DNA of 64,000 nucleotides from Halarcobacter sp. (GTDB taxonomy: Bacteria; Campylobacterota; Campylobacteria; Campylobacterales; Arcobacteraceae), in the NCBI GenBank assembly GCA_048571215.1, contig CP182352.1, positions 2,944,001 to 3,008,000 on the forward strand, written 5' to 3'. How positions within the stretch are numbered: position 1 is the first letter of the stretch; the number at the start of each line of letters is the position of its first letter. The notes beneath the pieces were generated by a model that worked only from the letters and a program-made list of their open reading frames with translations, was not told the DNA's origin and did not search any database. The position numbers and the translations under genes were made by a program. Shown here piece after piece: positions 18,957 to 29,737 of this stretch.

Positions 18957-20140
18957 TAAACTCCCTTTATTTTGTTTAACCATTCATTTAATGTTTTTTC
19001 AAATGCAACATTTTTTGAATTGTATAAATCTAATTTCTCTTTTAAATACTCTTGTTCTACCCAACCACCATAATCATGTGGATATTTATATCCAATATGT
19101 TGGCTATCTAAATGTTTTGGAATATTTAAGATTTTACCATTTTTAACTTCATTTAGTGCTTTATTTATCGCTTCATAAGAACTATTTGATTTAGGACATG
19201 AGGCTAAAAATACAACACACTGGGCTAAAATTATCCTACTTTCTGGATATCCAATCTTTGAAGTAGCTTGCATTGTGCTTACTGCAAGATTAAGTGCATT
19301 TGGATTTGCATTACCTATATCTTCACTTGCAAAGATTACCAATCTTCTAGTTATAAACTCAACACTTTCTCCGCCCTCAATCAATCTTGCTAGATAATAT
19401 AGTGCTGCATCCACATCTGAGCCCCTTAAGGACTTAATCATTGCACTAGCAAGGTCATAGTGAGAATCCTTTGAACTAACTCCATCAGCTATTGCATTTG
19501 TCCTTAAACCCTTTAGTATATCTAAAGTCACAAGATCATCTATTTTAATAGCAAAATTTAAAAGATTTAACATAGCCCTAGCATCTCCACCACTTGATGT
19601 TATAAGATACTCTTTTGCATCCTCTTGTACATTTAAGTTTTCATTTACAATGGCTCTATTTAATATTTGTTGCATATCATTTTTAGTAAATGGCAAAAAT
19701 TCATAAAGAAATGATCTTGATCTAATAGCATTAGTTAGAGTAAAAAATGGATTTTCAGTACTTGCCCCAATAATTATTGCATCATAGTTTTCCATTATTG
19801 GCAGTAATACTTCTTGTTGATTTTTTGATAATCTGTGAACTTCATCAATAAAAAGTATAGGCTTTATAAGTGAGTCTTTATATCTTGTAAAAACTTTTCT
19901 TAACTCCTCTACTTTAATAGAGGTAGCATTAAAATAAAAGTAATCAGTGCCTATCTCTTTTGCAATTATTTTAGCTAAAGAGGTTTTCCCAGTTCCAGGT
20001 TTACCATAAAAAAAGAGATGGGGAATCTCTTTTTTTATAATAAGTTTATATAGTGGTTTATTTTTTGATATTATATGAGATTGACCTATAAACTCTTCCA
20101 AGTTTTTAGGTCTTAAATAGTTTGATAAATCATTCATCAT
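18956..20140 (-). CDS. rarA: Replication-associated recombination protein A
   Basis: LRPKNLEEFIGQ, GKPGTGKT, DEVHR, KSLRGSD, ASEDIG. Confidence 0.93.
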   Translation of the reverse strand: MMNDLSNYLRPKNLEEFIGQSHIISKNKPLYKLIIKKEIPHLFFYGKPGTGKTSLAKIIAKEIGTDYFYFNATSIKVEELRKVFTRYKDSLIKPILFIDEVHRLSKNQQEVLLPIMENYDAIIIGASTENPFFTLTNAIRSRSFLYEFLPFTKNDMQQILNRAIVNENLNVQEDAKEYLITSSGGDARAMLNLLNFAIKIDDLVTLDILKGLRTNAIADGVSSKDSHYDLASAMIKSLRGSDVDAALYYLARLIEGGESVEFITRRLVIFASEDIGNANPNALNLAVSTMQATSKIGYPESRIILAQCVVFLASCPKSNSSYEAINKALNEVKNGKILNIPKHLDSQHIGYKYPHDYGGWVEQEYLKEKLDLYNSKNVAFEKTLNEWLNKIKGV

Positions 20141-20921
20141 ATTGATTATTTACATAATGTCTTAAATCTCTATATTCATCTCTTGTAAGGTATCTACTTT
20201 TCCCTGTAGGTAGATTGTTTAAAGATATACCTCCAAACTCAAATCTTTTTAAATCTAAAACATTTAATCCAAAGTGTCCAAAAAATCTTCTAAGTTCTCT
20301 ATTTTTACCCTCACTAATTGCAACTTTCAATTTAGAAAAGTTCTTACCTACTGACAATACTTGATATGCAACAAAGGGTTCAAAAGTCATAGATTTTATT
20401 TTAGAATTTTTATATGCTCCATTAGTAGCATCTTCTAATTCAATACCATTTAACATAGCTTCTTCTACTTTGCTAGTTATAGGTCCATCAACTTTTATTT
20501 TATATATTCTCTCTAGTTTTGAATGCATTAGCTTATTTGCAACATCTACACTATCTGTTAATAAAATTAAACCTTCACTTGAATAGTCTAATCTTCCAAT
20601 AGGCATAAAGTGTTTGTATTTACTATCTAAACTATCAAAGATAACTTTTCTTCCTTGGGGGTCATTTTTACTAACAATCTCCCCCTTTGGTTTATTGTAC
20701 ACTATTACTGTATACATTCTATTTTTATCTTCTTTGATGATTTTTTTATTAATCTTAACTATATCATTTGTAGATACTTTTGTTGCAAGATCTGTTACAG
20801 GCTTTCCATTAATAGTAACTTTACCCTCTTCAATAACCTTATCAGCTTCTCGTCTAGAGAAATTACTATTATGAGATATAAACTTATTAAGTCTAATCAA
20901 CTCATCACTATTTTCATTCAT
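20130..20921 (-). CDS. rRNA pseudouridine synthase (RsuA/RluB family)
   Basis: S4 domain SRREAD, GRLD, EGKNRELRR. Confidence 0.9.
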   Translation of the reverse strand: MNENSDELIRLNKFISHNSNFSRREADKVIEEGKVTINGKPVTDLATKVSTNDIVKINKKIIKEDKNRMYTVIVYNKPKGEIVSKNDPQGRKVIFDSLDSKYKHFMPIGRLDYSSEGLILLTDSVDVANKLMHSKLERIYKIKVDGPITSKVEEAMLNGIELEDATNGAYKNSKIKSMTFEPFVAYQVLSVGKNFSKLKVAISEGKNRELRRFFGHFGLNVLDLKRFEFGGISLNNLPTGKSRYLTRDEYRDLRHYVNNQYDE

Positions 20922-21883
20922 TTTATACCAGCTTCGATTAAATCATGTATGTGTAATACCCCAACTAATTTATCATCTTTATCAGTAACAATTAGTAGTT
21001 GTATTTTGTAATCCTCTATTATCTTTAGAGCATCACTTGCCAAAAGATTTTTATCATCTATTCTTTTAGGATTTTTTGTTGATATATCTTCAACATTACA
21101 CTCCAATGAAAACTCTTCACTCATTAAAGCTCTTCTCAAATCCCCATCACTCAATACTGAAGATATTTTACCATTATTATCCAAAATTATTACATTTCCA
21201 AGTCTACCTTCACTCATCGTAACAATGGCATCTTTTAGTTTCGTTTCACGTGAAACAATTGGAAGATTTTCTTTTCTTAATAGATCATCAACCTTTACAA
21301 AAAGCTTCTTACCTAGACTTCCTCCAGGATGAAAAGAGGCAAAATCTTCTTTTTTGAAGTCTCTTTTTTTCATTAAACAAACAGCAAGGGCATCACCTAC
21401 TGCCATAGTTAAAGTTGTAGATGAAGTTGGTGCGGTATCTAAAGGGCAAGCCTCCTTACTAACAGCGATATCTAAGAAATTATCAGAATATTTTCCTAGA
21501 GTTGATTCTTTTTTACTTGCCATAGCAATCATAGGTATGTCAAATCTTTTTAGATGGGGAAGTAGTTGAATAAGCTCTTCACTCTCTCCACTATAAGATA
21601 TAGCCAAAACTATATCATCTTTGCCAATCATACCCAAATCACCATGCATTGCTTCAGTAGGATGAATAAAAAAAGATGATGTTCCAGTACTGGCAAGAGT
21701 TGCTGCTATTTTACCACCAACTAATCCAGATTTACCTACACCTGTTACAATAAGTTTACCTTTTGAATTGATAATTAAATCAACGGCTGACTCAAAATCG
21801 TAAGAGCTTATATTATTAGCTGCAGCAGTTAACTCTGCAGCTTCTATTAATAAAACTTCTTTTGCAATACTATTAAAATCCAT
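20918..21883 (-). CDS. kdsD: Arabinose-5-phosphate isomerase (KpsF/GutQ family)
   Basis: GVGKSG, HGDLG, APTSST, HPGGSLG, CBS pair. Confidence 0.93.
   Translation of the reverse strand: MDFNSIAKEVLLIEAAELTAAANNISSYDFESAVDLIINSKGKLIVTGVGKSGLVGGKIAATLASTGTSSFFIHPTEAMHGDLGMIGKDDIVLAISYSGESEELIQLLPHLKRFDIPMIAMASKKESTLGKYSDNFLDIAVSKEACPLDTAPTSSTTLTMAVGDALAVCLMKKRDFKKEDFASFHPGGSLGKKLFVKVDDLLRKENLPIVSRETKLKDAIVTMSEGRLGNVIILDNNGKISSVLSDGDLRRALMSEEFSLECNVEDISTKNPKRIDDKNLLASDALKIIEDYKIQLLIVTDKDDKLVGVLHIHDLIEAGIK
21242..21257. promoter_or_regulatory. parS site inside kdsD
   Basis: cGTTTCACGTGAAACA, 15/16 match to TGTTTCACGTGAAACA. Confidence 0.75.
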
Positions 21884-21892
21884 AACAAACCT

Positions 21893-23851
21893 TTACTGAA
21901 CAAATATAGTTGGAACTATCATAGGATACTTTTTGTATTTTCTAATACAGTGTTTTCTCACAACTTTTCTAATTTCATCTTCAATAATTCTATTGTTTTT
22001 AAAAATAGAATCTTTTGCATTCTTTAGAAATGTTTCTAATAAATCTTCAATCTCATTTGCGAAAAATTTATCTTGTTTATCTGGAACTAGACCAAAAGAC
22101 ATAACCCTAGCTCTTTGCTCCATTTTTCTATCATTTTCATTAATTTGACCAACTATCATAACGACACCTTCATTTGCCATAGTTTGTCTATCAATTACAA
22201 TGTCATCTGCAATTTTATTATTCAGCTGATTATCAATATAAACTTTACCAGTTTTTACACTCTTAACTTTTTTAAGATATTTAGGTGTTACTTCTATTTG
22301 TTCACCATCACTCATAATATAAGTATTTCTTTCTAAAACACCACAGTCAATTCCTGTTTTTGCATGTTTAACAGCATGATTATATTCACCATGAATAGGC
22401 ATAAAAAACTTAGGCTTAACAAGTCTAATCATAAGTTTTTGCTCTTCTTGCGCAGCATGTCCAGATACATGAATCTCGCTAAAGTCTTGATATGCTACTT
22501 GTGCACCAGCTTTAAGAATATGGTTTATAATTCCAGAGACACTCGCCTCATTTCCAGGGATTGCCTTAGCAGATAATATAATTTGATCACCTGGTTTTAT
22601 CTTTATATGTCTGTGTTCATGTATAGACATTCTATATAAAGCACTCATTGACTCACCTTGGCTTCCTGTTGTTACAATTAAAACTTCATTATCATTATAT
22701 TTGTTTACTTCATGAGCATCAATGAACTTATCTCTTGGAAATTTAATATACCCTAAACTCATTGCAAGTTCTAAGTTTTTTTCCATAGATCTTCCAATAA
22801 CACAGATTTTTCTACCATATTTTAAACCATGTTCAATAGCTTGAGAAACTCTGTGAATATTTGAAGAGAAAGTAGACATTATAACTCTACCTTTTGCACT
22901 AGAAAAAAGTCTATCAAAGGTAGGACCTACTGTTCTTTCAGATTTTGTAAACCCTGGCGAGTGAGAGTTTGTAGAATCAGACATCAAAAGTAAAACACCC
23001 TCTTCTCCATAATGTGCAAATCTATGTAAATCTGTTGGGAAACCATCAATTGGAGTGTGGTCTATTTTAAAATCTCCTGTATGGATTATAGTTCCAGCTT
23101 CTGTTTTAATAGCTAAAGATGATGCATCAATTATTGAGTGAGTAATATGTATCCATTCAACTTCAAAATCCCCTATTGCTATAGGAATTCTTTTTTCAAT
23201 TGGTCTAAATAGTTTTCTATGTTCTCTCATTTTATGTTCATCGAATTTAGAACCAATCATTTCTAATGGTAAAGAAGTACCATAAATTGGGAATTGTAAC
23301 TCTTTAAATAGATAAGCCATTGCACCAATGTGATCTTCATGTCCATGGGTAATAACAACACCAGCAATTTTATCTTTTATCTCTCTAATATATGTAAAAT
23401 CAGGGATTAAGATATCAACTCCATGCATATCTTCATCAGGGAAACTCATACCAACGTCAACTATTATGGCACTTTTTTCAGTTTCAATAACCATCATATT
23501 TCCACCAATTTCACCTAAACCACCTAAAGGTGTAATTCTAACTTTTGCATTAGTAGATAGATTTAGTTTATTGTGAGGATTTAATCTATTTTTATGAGAT
23601 CTTTCATTTATACTATGAGCTTTTTTTAAATCAGCTATCCAACTTGAATTAGTGTTTGAATTTCTTGAAGAATTGTTTTTTTGTCTTGCTGGAGTTTTTT
23701 TTCTTCTATTATTATAAGGTTTTTTTTCACCAGTTGGGTTCTCTTTTGGAGTGTCAGTTGTCTTTTTTGTAGTTTCAGTATTTTCAGTTGAAACTGTTTC
23801 TTTTACTTGATTGTCAACTTTATCAGTTTGACCTATCTCTTTGTTTTCCAT
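21893..23851 (-). CDS. rnj: Ribonuclease J
   Basis: PLGGLGEIGGNM, THGHEDHIG, HTGDFK, HVSGHA; disordered N-terminal extension. Confidence 0.95.
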   Translation of the reverse strand: MENKEIGQTDKVDNQVKETVSTENTETTKKTTDTPKENPTGEKKPYNNRRKKTPARQKNNSSRNSNTNSSWIADLKKAHSINERSHKNRLNPHNKLNLSTNAKVRITPLGGLGEIGGNMMVIETEKSAIIVDVGMSFPDEDMHGVDILIPDFTYIREIKDKIAGVVITHGHEDHIGAMAYLFKELQFPIYGTSLPLEMIGSKFDEHKMREHRKLFRPIEKRIPIAIGDFEVEWIHITHSIIDASSLAIKTEAGTIIHTGDFKIDHTPIDGFPTDLHRFAHYGEEGVLLLMSDSTNSHSPGFTKSERTVGPTFDRLFSSAKGRVIMSTFSSNIHRVSQAIEHGLKYGRKICVIGRSMEKNLELAMSLGYIKFPRDKFIDAHEVNKYNDNEVLIVTTGSQGESMSALYRMSIHEHRHIKIKPGDQIILSAKAIPGNEASVSGIINHILKAGAQVAYQDFSEIHVSGHAAQEEQKLMIRLVKPKFFMPIHGEYNHAVKHAKTGIDCGVLERNTYIMSDGEQIEVTPKYLKKVKSVKTGKVYIDNQLNNKIADDIVIDRQTMANEGVVMIVGQINENDRKMEQRARVMSFGLVPDKQDKFFANEIEDLLETFLKNAKDSIFKNNRIIEDEIRKVVRKHCIRKYKKYPMIVPTIFVQ

Positions 23852-24638
23852 TCTTTACCTTTGTATACAATTGGCTATACAAAGATGCGCTAACTTCGTG
23901 CGGTCGTAAAGTCTCTTTCAAATTAAGTTCACTGTAGATATTAGATAAAAACTCTTTATCTGTAAGAGATAATAAGTTTTTAAAAAGTTTCTTTCTAGGT
24001 TGTACAAAACAACTCTTTAAGAACTTTAAAAAATCTTTATCTAATCTTACATCCATCTTTTTTGAAATATATAGAACAGAAGATGTAACTTTTGGAGGAG
24101 GGTCAAAAGACTCAGGAGGTACATCAAAAAGTAACCCAGATTCTTTTGAAACTAACTCAGTAATAATAGATAAAGAGGAGTATTCTTTTTGGTTTACTTT
24201 TGCAGTAAACTTTTGAGCAACCTCTTTTTGTATCATTACAATAATATTCTCGCAATTATTATCTTCAAATGCTCTTAATATAATATTTGTTGCAATATAG
24301 TAAGGTAAGTTTGCTATCAGATCAAATTTTTGATCATATAAACTACCTTTTTTGTCCCAAGCTTCTAAAACATCAGTGTGGATCAGTTCAAAATGCTTGT
24401 TATGTATCTCTATTGCAAATTTTGACTTTAATATACTGATTAAATCAGTATCGACTTCATAAGCAGTCGTATCTTTGTACTTGACTAATTTTTGAGTCAA
24501 ATCACCTAATCCAGGCCCGATTTCTACAATATGGTTATTGTTATGGGGCATCGATTGGATGATTTTATCTAGTACTGAACTATCTTTTAAAAAGTTTTGA
24601 CCAAATTTCTTTTTGGCTTTAATTACATTATTATTCAT
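23823..24638 (-). CDS. rsmA: 16S rRNA dimethyladenosine transferase
   Basis: KKFGQNFL, EIGPGLG, ANLPYYI, PPPKVTS. Confidence 0.95.
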   Translation of the reverse strand: MNNNVIKAKKKFGQNFLKDSSVLDKIIQSMPHNNNHIVEIGPGLGDLTQKLVKYKDTTAYEVDTDLISILKSKFAIEIHNKHFELIHTDVLEAWDKKGSLYDQKFDLIANLPYYIATNIILRAFEDNNCENIIVMIQKEVAQKFTAKVNQKEYSSLSIITELVSKESGLLFDVPPESFDPPPKVTSSVLYISKKMDVRLDKDFLKFLKSCFVQPRKKLFKNLLSLTDKEFLSNIYSELNLKETLRPHEVSASLYSQLYTKVKNGKQRDRSN

Positions 24639-24709
24639 AGAACGAAGAGTATATCTGCTTTTAACTTACAATTAGATAATATAACTACTATTAAATAGAA
24701 GGATTAGTA

Positions 24710-25471
24710 TTGAGTTATTTTGCAAAAAGAATTATTCCATGTCTAGATGTAAAAGATGGTAGAGTTGTAAAAGGTGTTAACTTTGTAGGACTTCGTGATG
24801 CAGGTGATCCTGTAGAAGTTGCCAAAAGGTACAATAATGAAGGTGCAGATGAGATTACTTTTTTAGATATTACAGCTAGCCATGAAAATAGAGATACTAT
24901 AGTTGATATAGTTAAAGATGTAGCAAAAGAGGTTTTTATACCCCTTACAGTTGGTGGTGGGATAAGAAAACTTGATGATATATATAAACTTTTAAATGTA
25001 GGTTGTGATAAAGTTTCTGTTAACTCTTCAGCTGTAGTAAATCCAAATTTTATTGACGAAGGTGCCAAAAGATTTGGTAGTCAATGTATAGTTGTTGCTA
25101 TTGATGTTAAAAAAGTTCAAGATGGTTCTTACCATGTTTTTGTAAAAGGTGGAAGAGAAGATACAGGACTTGATGCACTAAAGTGGGCACAAGAAGTGTA
25201 TGATAGAGGTGCTGGAGAGATACTATTAACTTCTATGGATACAGATGGAGCAAAATCTGGATTTGAACTTAATATTACTGAACAAATATCAAAACTTGTT
25301 GATATTCCTGTTATAGCAAGTGGTGGAGCAGGAACAATGGCTCATATGAAAGAAGCCTTTGAACATGGTGCAAGTGCTGCACTAGCTGCATCGATTTTTC
25401 ACTTTAAAGAGATTGATATTATGGAATTAAAACACTACCTAAGAGAGAATAACATTCCTGTAAGGATATAA
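24710..25471 (+). CDS. hisF: Imidazole glycerol phosphate synthase cyclase subunit
   Basis: [33 protein letters not shown]. Confidence 0.97.
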   Translation: MSYFAKRIIPCLDVKDGRVVKGVNFVGLRDAGDPVEVAKRYNNEGADEITFLDITASHENRDTIVDIVKDVAKEVFIPLTVGGGIRKLDDIYKLLNVGCDKVSVNSSAVVNPNFIDEGAKRFGSQCIVVAIDVKKVQDGSYHVFVKGGREDTGLDALKWAQEVYDRGAGEILLTSMDTDGAKSGFELNITEQISKLVDIPVIASGGAGTMAHMKEAFEHGASAALAASIFHFKEIDIMELKHYLRENNIPVRI

Positions 25472-25472
25472 A

Positions 25473-26135
25473 ATGAAACCCCTAAGCCTTTTAGTTTTTT
25501 TGCCAATATTATTGTTTTCTTTTGAATTAGAATTTAATAAAAAGTTTAACCATCAATTACCCCATGATATATTAAAAACAAGTTTGATTATAACTATTAC
25601 AGATGATAGTGAAAAAGAAGTAGATAATAGACTTAATAAATTTAATGATTTGATAAAAAACTATAATAAAGTAGATAAGAAACTTGGTATATTTAATATA
25701 AGACCAAAGTTTAGGCACTCTAATAATACTCCAACTATAATTGGATATATAGGTGAGCTAATATATAAAATTGAATCAGATAAAGCACTTTATATGGATG
25801 ATTTTATATCAAAAGTTACTGATTTAAAAAAATTTAGAGATACTACAGTATCAATTTCAAGTTTGTCATGGACAGTACAAGAAACTACTTACAATGTTGC
25901 TTTAGATTTATTAAGATTAGAGGCAATAAATTGGGCTAAAACCTATGCACATAATCTATCTAATGATTTAAAAGAGAATTGTAAGATAAAGTCTATTTCA
26001 ATAGATACATCTAATACATCTGCAAATAGTGATTTATATAAGGATATTGATGTAAAATCAACTTCAATTACAATACCTAAAGCAAATCAGCAAATTGTTC
26101 AAATAAATCCTAAATTTAAATTGGAGTGTAAATGA
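25473..26135 (+). CDS. Exported protein, SIMPL-domain-like
   Basis: Signal peptide; weak family resemblance only. Confidence 0.5.
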   Translation: MKPLSLLVFLPILLFSFELEFNKKFNHQLPHDILKTSLIITITDDSEKEVDNRLNKFNDLIKNYNKVDKKLGIFNIRPKFRHSNNTPTIIGYIGELIYKIESDKALYMDDFISKVTDLKKFRDTTVSISSLSWTVQETTYNVALDLLRLEAINWAKTYAHNLSNDLKENCKIKSISIDTSNTSANSDLYKDIDVKSTSITIPKANQQIVQINPKFKLECK

Positions 26136-26668
26136 TAATTTGTGCAGGAAGAGAAGAGGTATTTTCATTTGCAGAAGCAATGGGTGTTGGACTAATTGAG
26201 AGTTCAATTAATCTAACAAGAAGATGTTTGTTTGATAAACCAGATTTTATTTTGTTTATTGGAACAGCTGGAAGTTATGGAGAGTATAATATTTTTGATA
26301 TTGTTGAATCAAAAAGAGCAGCTAATTTAGAACTTTCATTTTTAACAAAAGACTCTTTTACTCCCCTTGATAATGTTTTAGAATCTGAGAATAAAATGGT
26401 TAGAAATGACACTATAGTAAATAGTTCAAACTATATTTCAACTAATTCAGAATTGACAAAAGAGTATAACAAATATGGTATAGGAATTGAGAATATGGAA
26501 TACTTTTCAATCCTTAGTGTTGCTAAAGAGTTTGAAATACCAGTTGCTGGAATATTTATTATTACTAACTATACAAATGAAAATGCACATAATGATTTTT
26601 TAACTAATCATAAAGAAGCTATGGCTAAATTAACTCAATATTTATTAGATAAAAAAATCATTAAATAG
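26132..26668 (+). CDS. Nucleoside phosphorylase-like protein
   Basis: FIGTAGSY, ENMEY, ITNY motifs. Confidence 0.75.
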   Translation: MIICAGREEVFSFAEAMGVGLIESSINLTRRCLFDKPDFILFIGTAGSYGEYNIFDIVESKRAANLELSFLTKDSFTPLDNVLESENKMVRNDTIVNSSNYISTNSELTKEYNKYGIGIENMEYFSILSVAKEFEIPVAGIFIITNYTNENAHNDFLTNHKEAMAKLTQYLLDKKIIK

Positions 26669-26682
26669 AAGTTTACCTTTTG

Positions 26683-26698
26683 TGTTTCACGTGAAACA
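26683..26698. promoter_or_regulatory. parS centromere-like site (perfect consensus)
   Basis: TGTTTCACGTGAAACA inside a 20-bp palindrome at 26681-26700, intergenic. Confidence 0.9.
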
Positions 26699-26786
26699 CA
26701 ATCAAATTTTATATTAAAAACTAAAGATTAATCAATAAAATATTTTTGTTTAATTATGCTATAAAAGGAAAATAGGAAGGAAAAAG

Positions 26787-27854
26787 ATGAATTCAATATA
26801 TGACTACACTCTAGATGAATTAAAAGAAGAATTAAAACCAGCATTTAGAGCAAAACAAATATATAACTGGATATATAAAAAATATGTTTCTTCATATGAT
26901 GAGATGAAAAATATACCAAACGATTTAAAAGAAACTCTTAAAAACAATTATGCAATTGATATTTTAGAAATAGTAAAAAAAGAGATAAGTCTTGATGGTA
27001 GTATAAAGTATCTTTTTAAATTACATGATGAACATACAATAGAAGCTGTTTTACTTTTGATGAAAAAGAAAAAAACAAATGAAGATGGAACAATAGAAAA
27101 AAGTGAGAAATATACTGTATGTATTTCAACACAAGTTGGATGTAAAGTTGGGTGTACTTTTTGTTTAACAGCAAAAGGTGGTTTTGTTAGAAATCTTAGT
27201 GTGGGAGAGATAATCAATCAGATTGTTCAAATCAAGAGGGATAATGAGATTGCAGAAAACAAATCTTTAAATATTGTCTTTATGGGTATGGGTGAACCAC
27301 TTGATAATTATGATAATTTTATTAAATCTGTAAAAATATTTTCAGAACTTGATGGACTTGCAATAAGTAGAAGAAGACAAACAGTTTCAACATCTGGGAT
27401 ATCATCAAAAATAGAAAAATTAGGAAATGAAGATTTAGGTATACAACTTGCTATATCTTTACATGCAGTTGATGATGAATTAAGAACCGAATTAATACCA
27501 ATGAATAAAGCTTATAATATAAAATCAATAATTGATGCTGTAAAAAAATTCCCAGTTGATGCAAGAAAAAAAGTTATGTTTGAATACTTAGTGATAAAAG
27601 ATAAAAATGATGATTTAGCAAGTGCTAAAAAACTATTAAAACTTTTAGATGGAATTAAAGCAAAAGTAAATTTAATATACTTTAATCCATATCCTGGAAC
27701 TTCATATCAAAGACCACAAAGGGAGGATATGATAAAATTTCAAGAATTTTTAACAAGCAAAGGTTTACTTTGCACAATAAGAGAATCGAAAGGTTTGGAT
27801 ATCTCAGCAGCATGTGGACAACTAAAAGAAAAGGAATCTAATGGACGCACTTGA
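26787..27854 (+). CDS. rlmN: 23S rRNA/tRNA m2A radical SAM methyltransferase
   Basis: CISTQVGCKVGCTFC, MGMGEP, ISLH, AACGQL. Confidence 0.95.
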   Translation: MNSIYDYTLDELKEELKPAFRAKQIYNWIYKKYVSSYDEMKNIPNDLKETLKNNYAIDILEIVKKEISLDGSIKYLFKLHDEHTIEAVLLLMKKKKTNEDGTIEKSEKYTVCISTQVGCKVGCTFCLTAKGGFVRNLSVGEIINQIVQIKRDNEIAENKSLNIVFMGMGEPLDNYDNFIKSVKIFSELDGLAISRRRQTVSTSGISSKIEKLGNEDLGIQLAISLHAVDDELRTELIPMNKAYNIKSIIDAVKKFPVDARKKVMFEYLVIKDKNDDLASAKKLLKLLDGIKAKVNLIYFNPYPGTSYQRPQREDMIKFQEFLTSKGLLCTIRESKGLDISAACGQLKEKESNGRT

Positions 27855-27945
27855 TTTAGCAATGGTAATTTTCCTTTTAGCAGTTGTAATTATTACTGCA
27901 ATTGGTTTTTTTATAAGCAACAAAAATAAAGATGATAATAAATAA
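27841..27945 (+). CDS. Small single-pass membrane protein (34 aa)
   Basis: MDALDLAMVIFLLAVVIITAIGFFISNKNKDDNK; AAGGA SD; fills the rlmN-gltX gap. Confidence 0.7.
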   Translation: MDALDLAMVIFLLAVVIITAIGFFISNKNKDDNK

Positions 27946-27953
27946 GGATTAAT

Positions 27954-29366
27954 ATGGCAATTACAAGATTTGCTCCTAGCCCAACTGGTTATTTACATAT
28001 AGGTGGTTTAAGAACTGCTTTATATAGTTATTTATGGGCAAGAAAAACAAAAGGTGAGTTTAAACTAAGAGTTGAAGATACAGACACCCAAAGAAACAAT
28101 GAAAAAGCTATGGAAGCTATAATTGAAGCTTTTGAATGGGTTGGATTAAATTATGATGGTAAAGTTGAATACCAATCAAAAAGACTTGATATCTATAAAA
28201 AATATATAAATCAACTTTTAGATGAAGGTAAAGCATACCGTTGTTATATGAGTAAGGAAGAATTAAACGCTTTAAGAGAGAGCCAAATGGCAGCAAAACA
28301 AACTGCAAAATACGATGAAACATGGAGACCAGAAGAGGGAAAAACTCTTCCTGATATTCCAGAAGGTATTGAACCAGTTATTAGAATTAAAGCTCCCCAA
28401 GATGGAAAAATTACTTTTATCGACGGAATCAGATCTATAATGAATTTTGATTGTAGTGAAGTTGATGATTTTGTTATTGCAAGAAGTAATGGAATCCCAA
28501 CTTATAATTTTGTTGTAGCAATTGATGATGCCCTAATGGGAATTACTGATGTAATTAGAGGGGATGATCATCTTTCAAACACTCCAAAACAAATAGTAAT
28601 TTATGAAGCCTTAGGATTTGATGTACCAAAGTTTTACCATGTTCCAATGATAAATAATCCACAAGGAAAGAAACTATCAAAAAGAGATGGGGCTATGGAT
28701 GTAATGCAATATAAAAGAGATGGTTTTCTTCCAGAAGCATTATTAAACTTCTTAGTAAGACTTGGTTGGTCTAATAAAGACCAAGAGATATTCTCAATAG
28801 AAGAGATGCTAGAGTTATTTAATCCTGAAAATATCAATAAATCAGCATCTGCTTATAATCAAGAAAAACTATTATGGCTAAATTCACACTATATAAAAAA
28901 TGTTTCAAATGAAAGATTAGCAAAAGAGTTAAAGTTTTTTGATTGCAATTTAGAAGGACATGACAAAAAAGAGATTATCTTAGACTTATGTAAAGAGAGA
29001 GCCCAAACTTTAATTGAATTAAAAGAATCTATCAATAATATCTTAGATATCCCAACAGAATATGATAAAAAAGGTGTTAAAAAATTTATAAAAGAAGATA
29101 CAATCAAGATCTTAAAGTTTTATTTAAATACCCTTGAAGAACAAAAAAATACCCTAAGACTTAGTTGTGATTACGAAATAGTTACAAAGCCATTTATTGA
29201 ACAATTTGAATTAAAATTTCCTCAATTATTTCAGCCAATTAGAATCGCACTTACAGGAGGTACGCAAGCACCATCTGTATATGACATCATGGCAATTCTA
29301 GGTTTTGAAGAAGTTAAGACTAGAATAAATAGCGCAATTAATAAAAATTTTAATAAAGAAAGTTAA
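27954..29366 (+). CDS. gltX: Glutamate--tRNA ligase
   Basis: TRFAPSPTGYLHIGG, IRGDDH, KLSKR. Confidence 0.95.
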   Translation: MAITRFAPSPTGYLHIGGLRTALYSYLWARKTKGEFKLRVEDTDTQRNNEKAMEAIIEAFEWVGLNYDGKVEYQSKRLDIYKKYINQLLDEGKAYRCYMSKEELNALRESQMAAKQTAKYDETWRPEEGKTLPDIPEGIEPVIRIKAPQDGKITFIDGIRSIMNFDCSEVDDFVIARSNGIPTYNFVVAIDDALMGITDVIRGDDHLSNTPKQIVIYEALGFDVPKFYHVPMINNPQGKKLSKRDGAMDVMQYKRDGFLPEALLNFLVRLGWSNKDQEIFSIEEMLELFNPENINKSASAYNQEKLLWLNSHYIKNVSNERLAKELKFFDCNLEGHDKKEIILDLCKERAQTLIELKESINNILDIPTEYDKKGVKKFIKEDTIKILKFYLNTLEEQKNTLRLSCDYEIVTKPFIEQFELKFPQLFQPIRIALTGGTQAPSVYDIMAILGFEEVKTRINSAINKNFNKES

Positions 29367-29432
29367 AATAAACTTGCTTATTATGAAATAATTAGGCATA
29401 ATGTTGTTACATATTATAAAGGAAGAAACGGA

Positions 29433-29699
29433 ATGAATATTTATGTTGGAAATCTATCATACAGAATGAATGATAGCGATTTAGAGGCAGTATTTGCTCA
29501 ATATGGTGAAGTTAAAAGTGCTAAAATAATAATGGATAGAGAAACTGGAAGATCAAAAGGTTTTGGATTCGTTGAAATGGAAACTTCATTAGGTGGTGAG
29601 AAAGCTATTGAAGCTTTAAATGGAAATGAACATGAAGGAAGAACTTTAAGAGTTAATGAAGCTAAACCTAGAGAGCCAAGACCAAGAAGATCTTACTAA
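29433..29699 (+). CDS. RRM RNA-binding protein
   Basis: RNP2 IYVGNL, RNP1 KGFGFVEM. Confidence 0.95.
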   Translation: MNIYVGNLSYRMNDSDLEAVFAQYGEVKSAKIIMDRETGRSKGFGFVEMETSLGGEKAIEALNGNEHEGRTLRVNEAKPREPRPRRSY

Positions 29700-29714
29700 T
29701 TAAACATAATTTAT

Positions 29715-29737
29715 AAAAAAGGCTTTGCGCCTTTTTT
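29715..29737. terminator. Bidirectional terminator
   Basis: aaaaaaggc-tttgc-gcctttttt between convergent genes. Confidence 0.55.
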
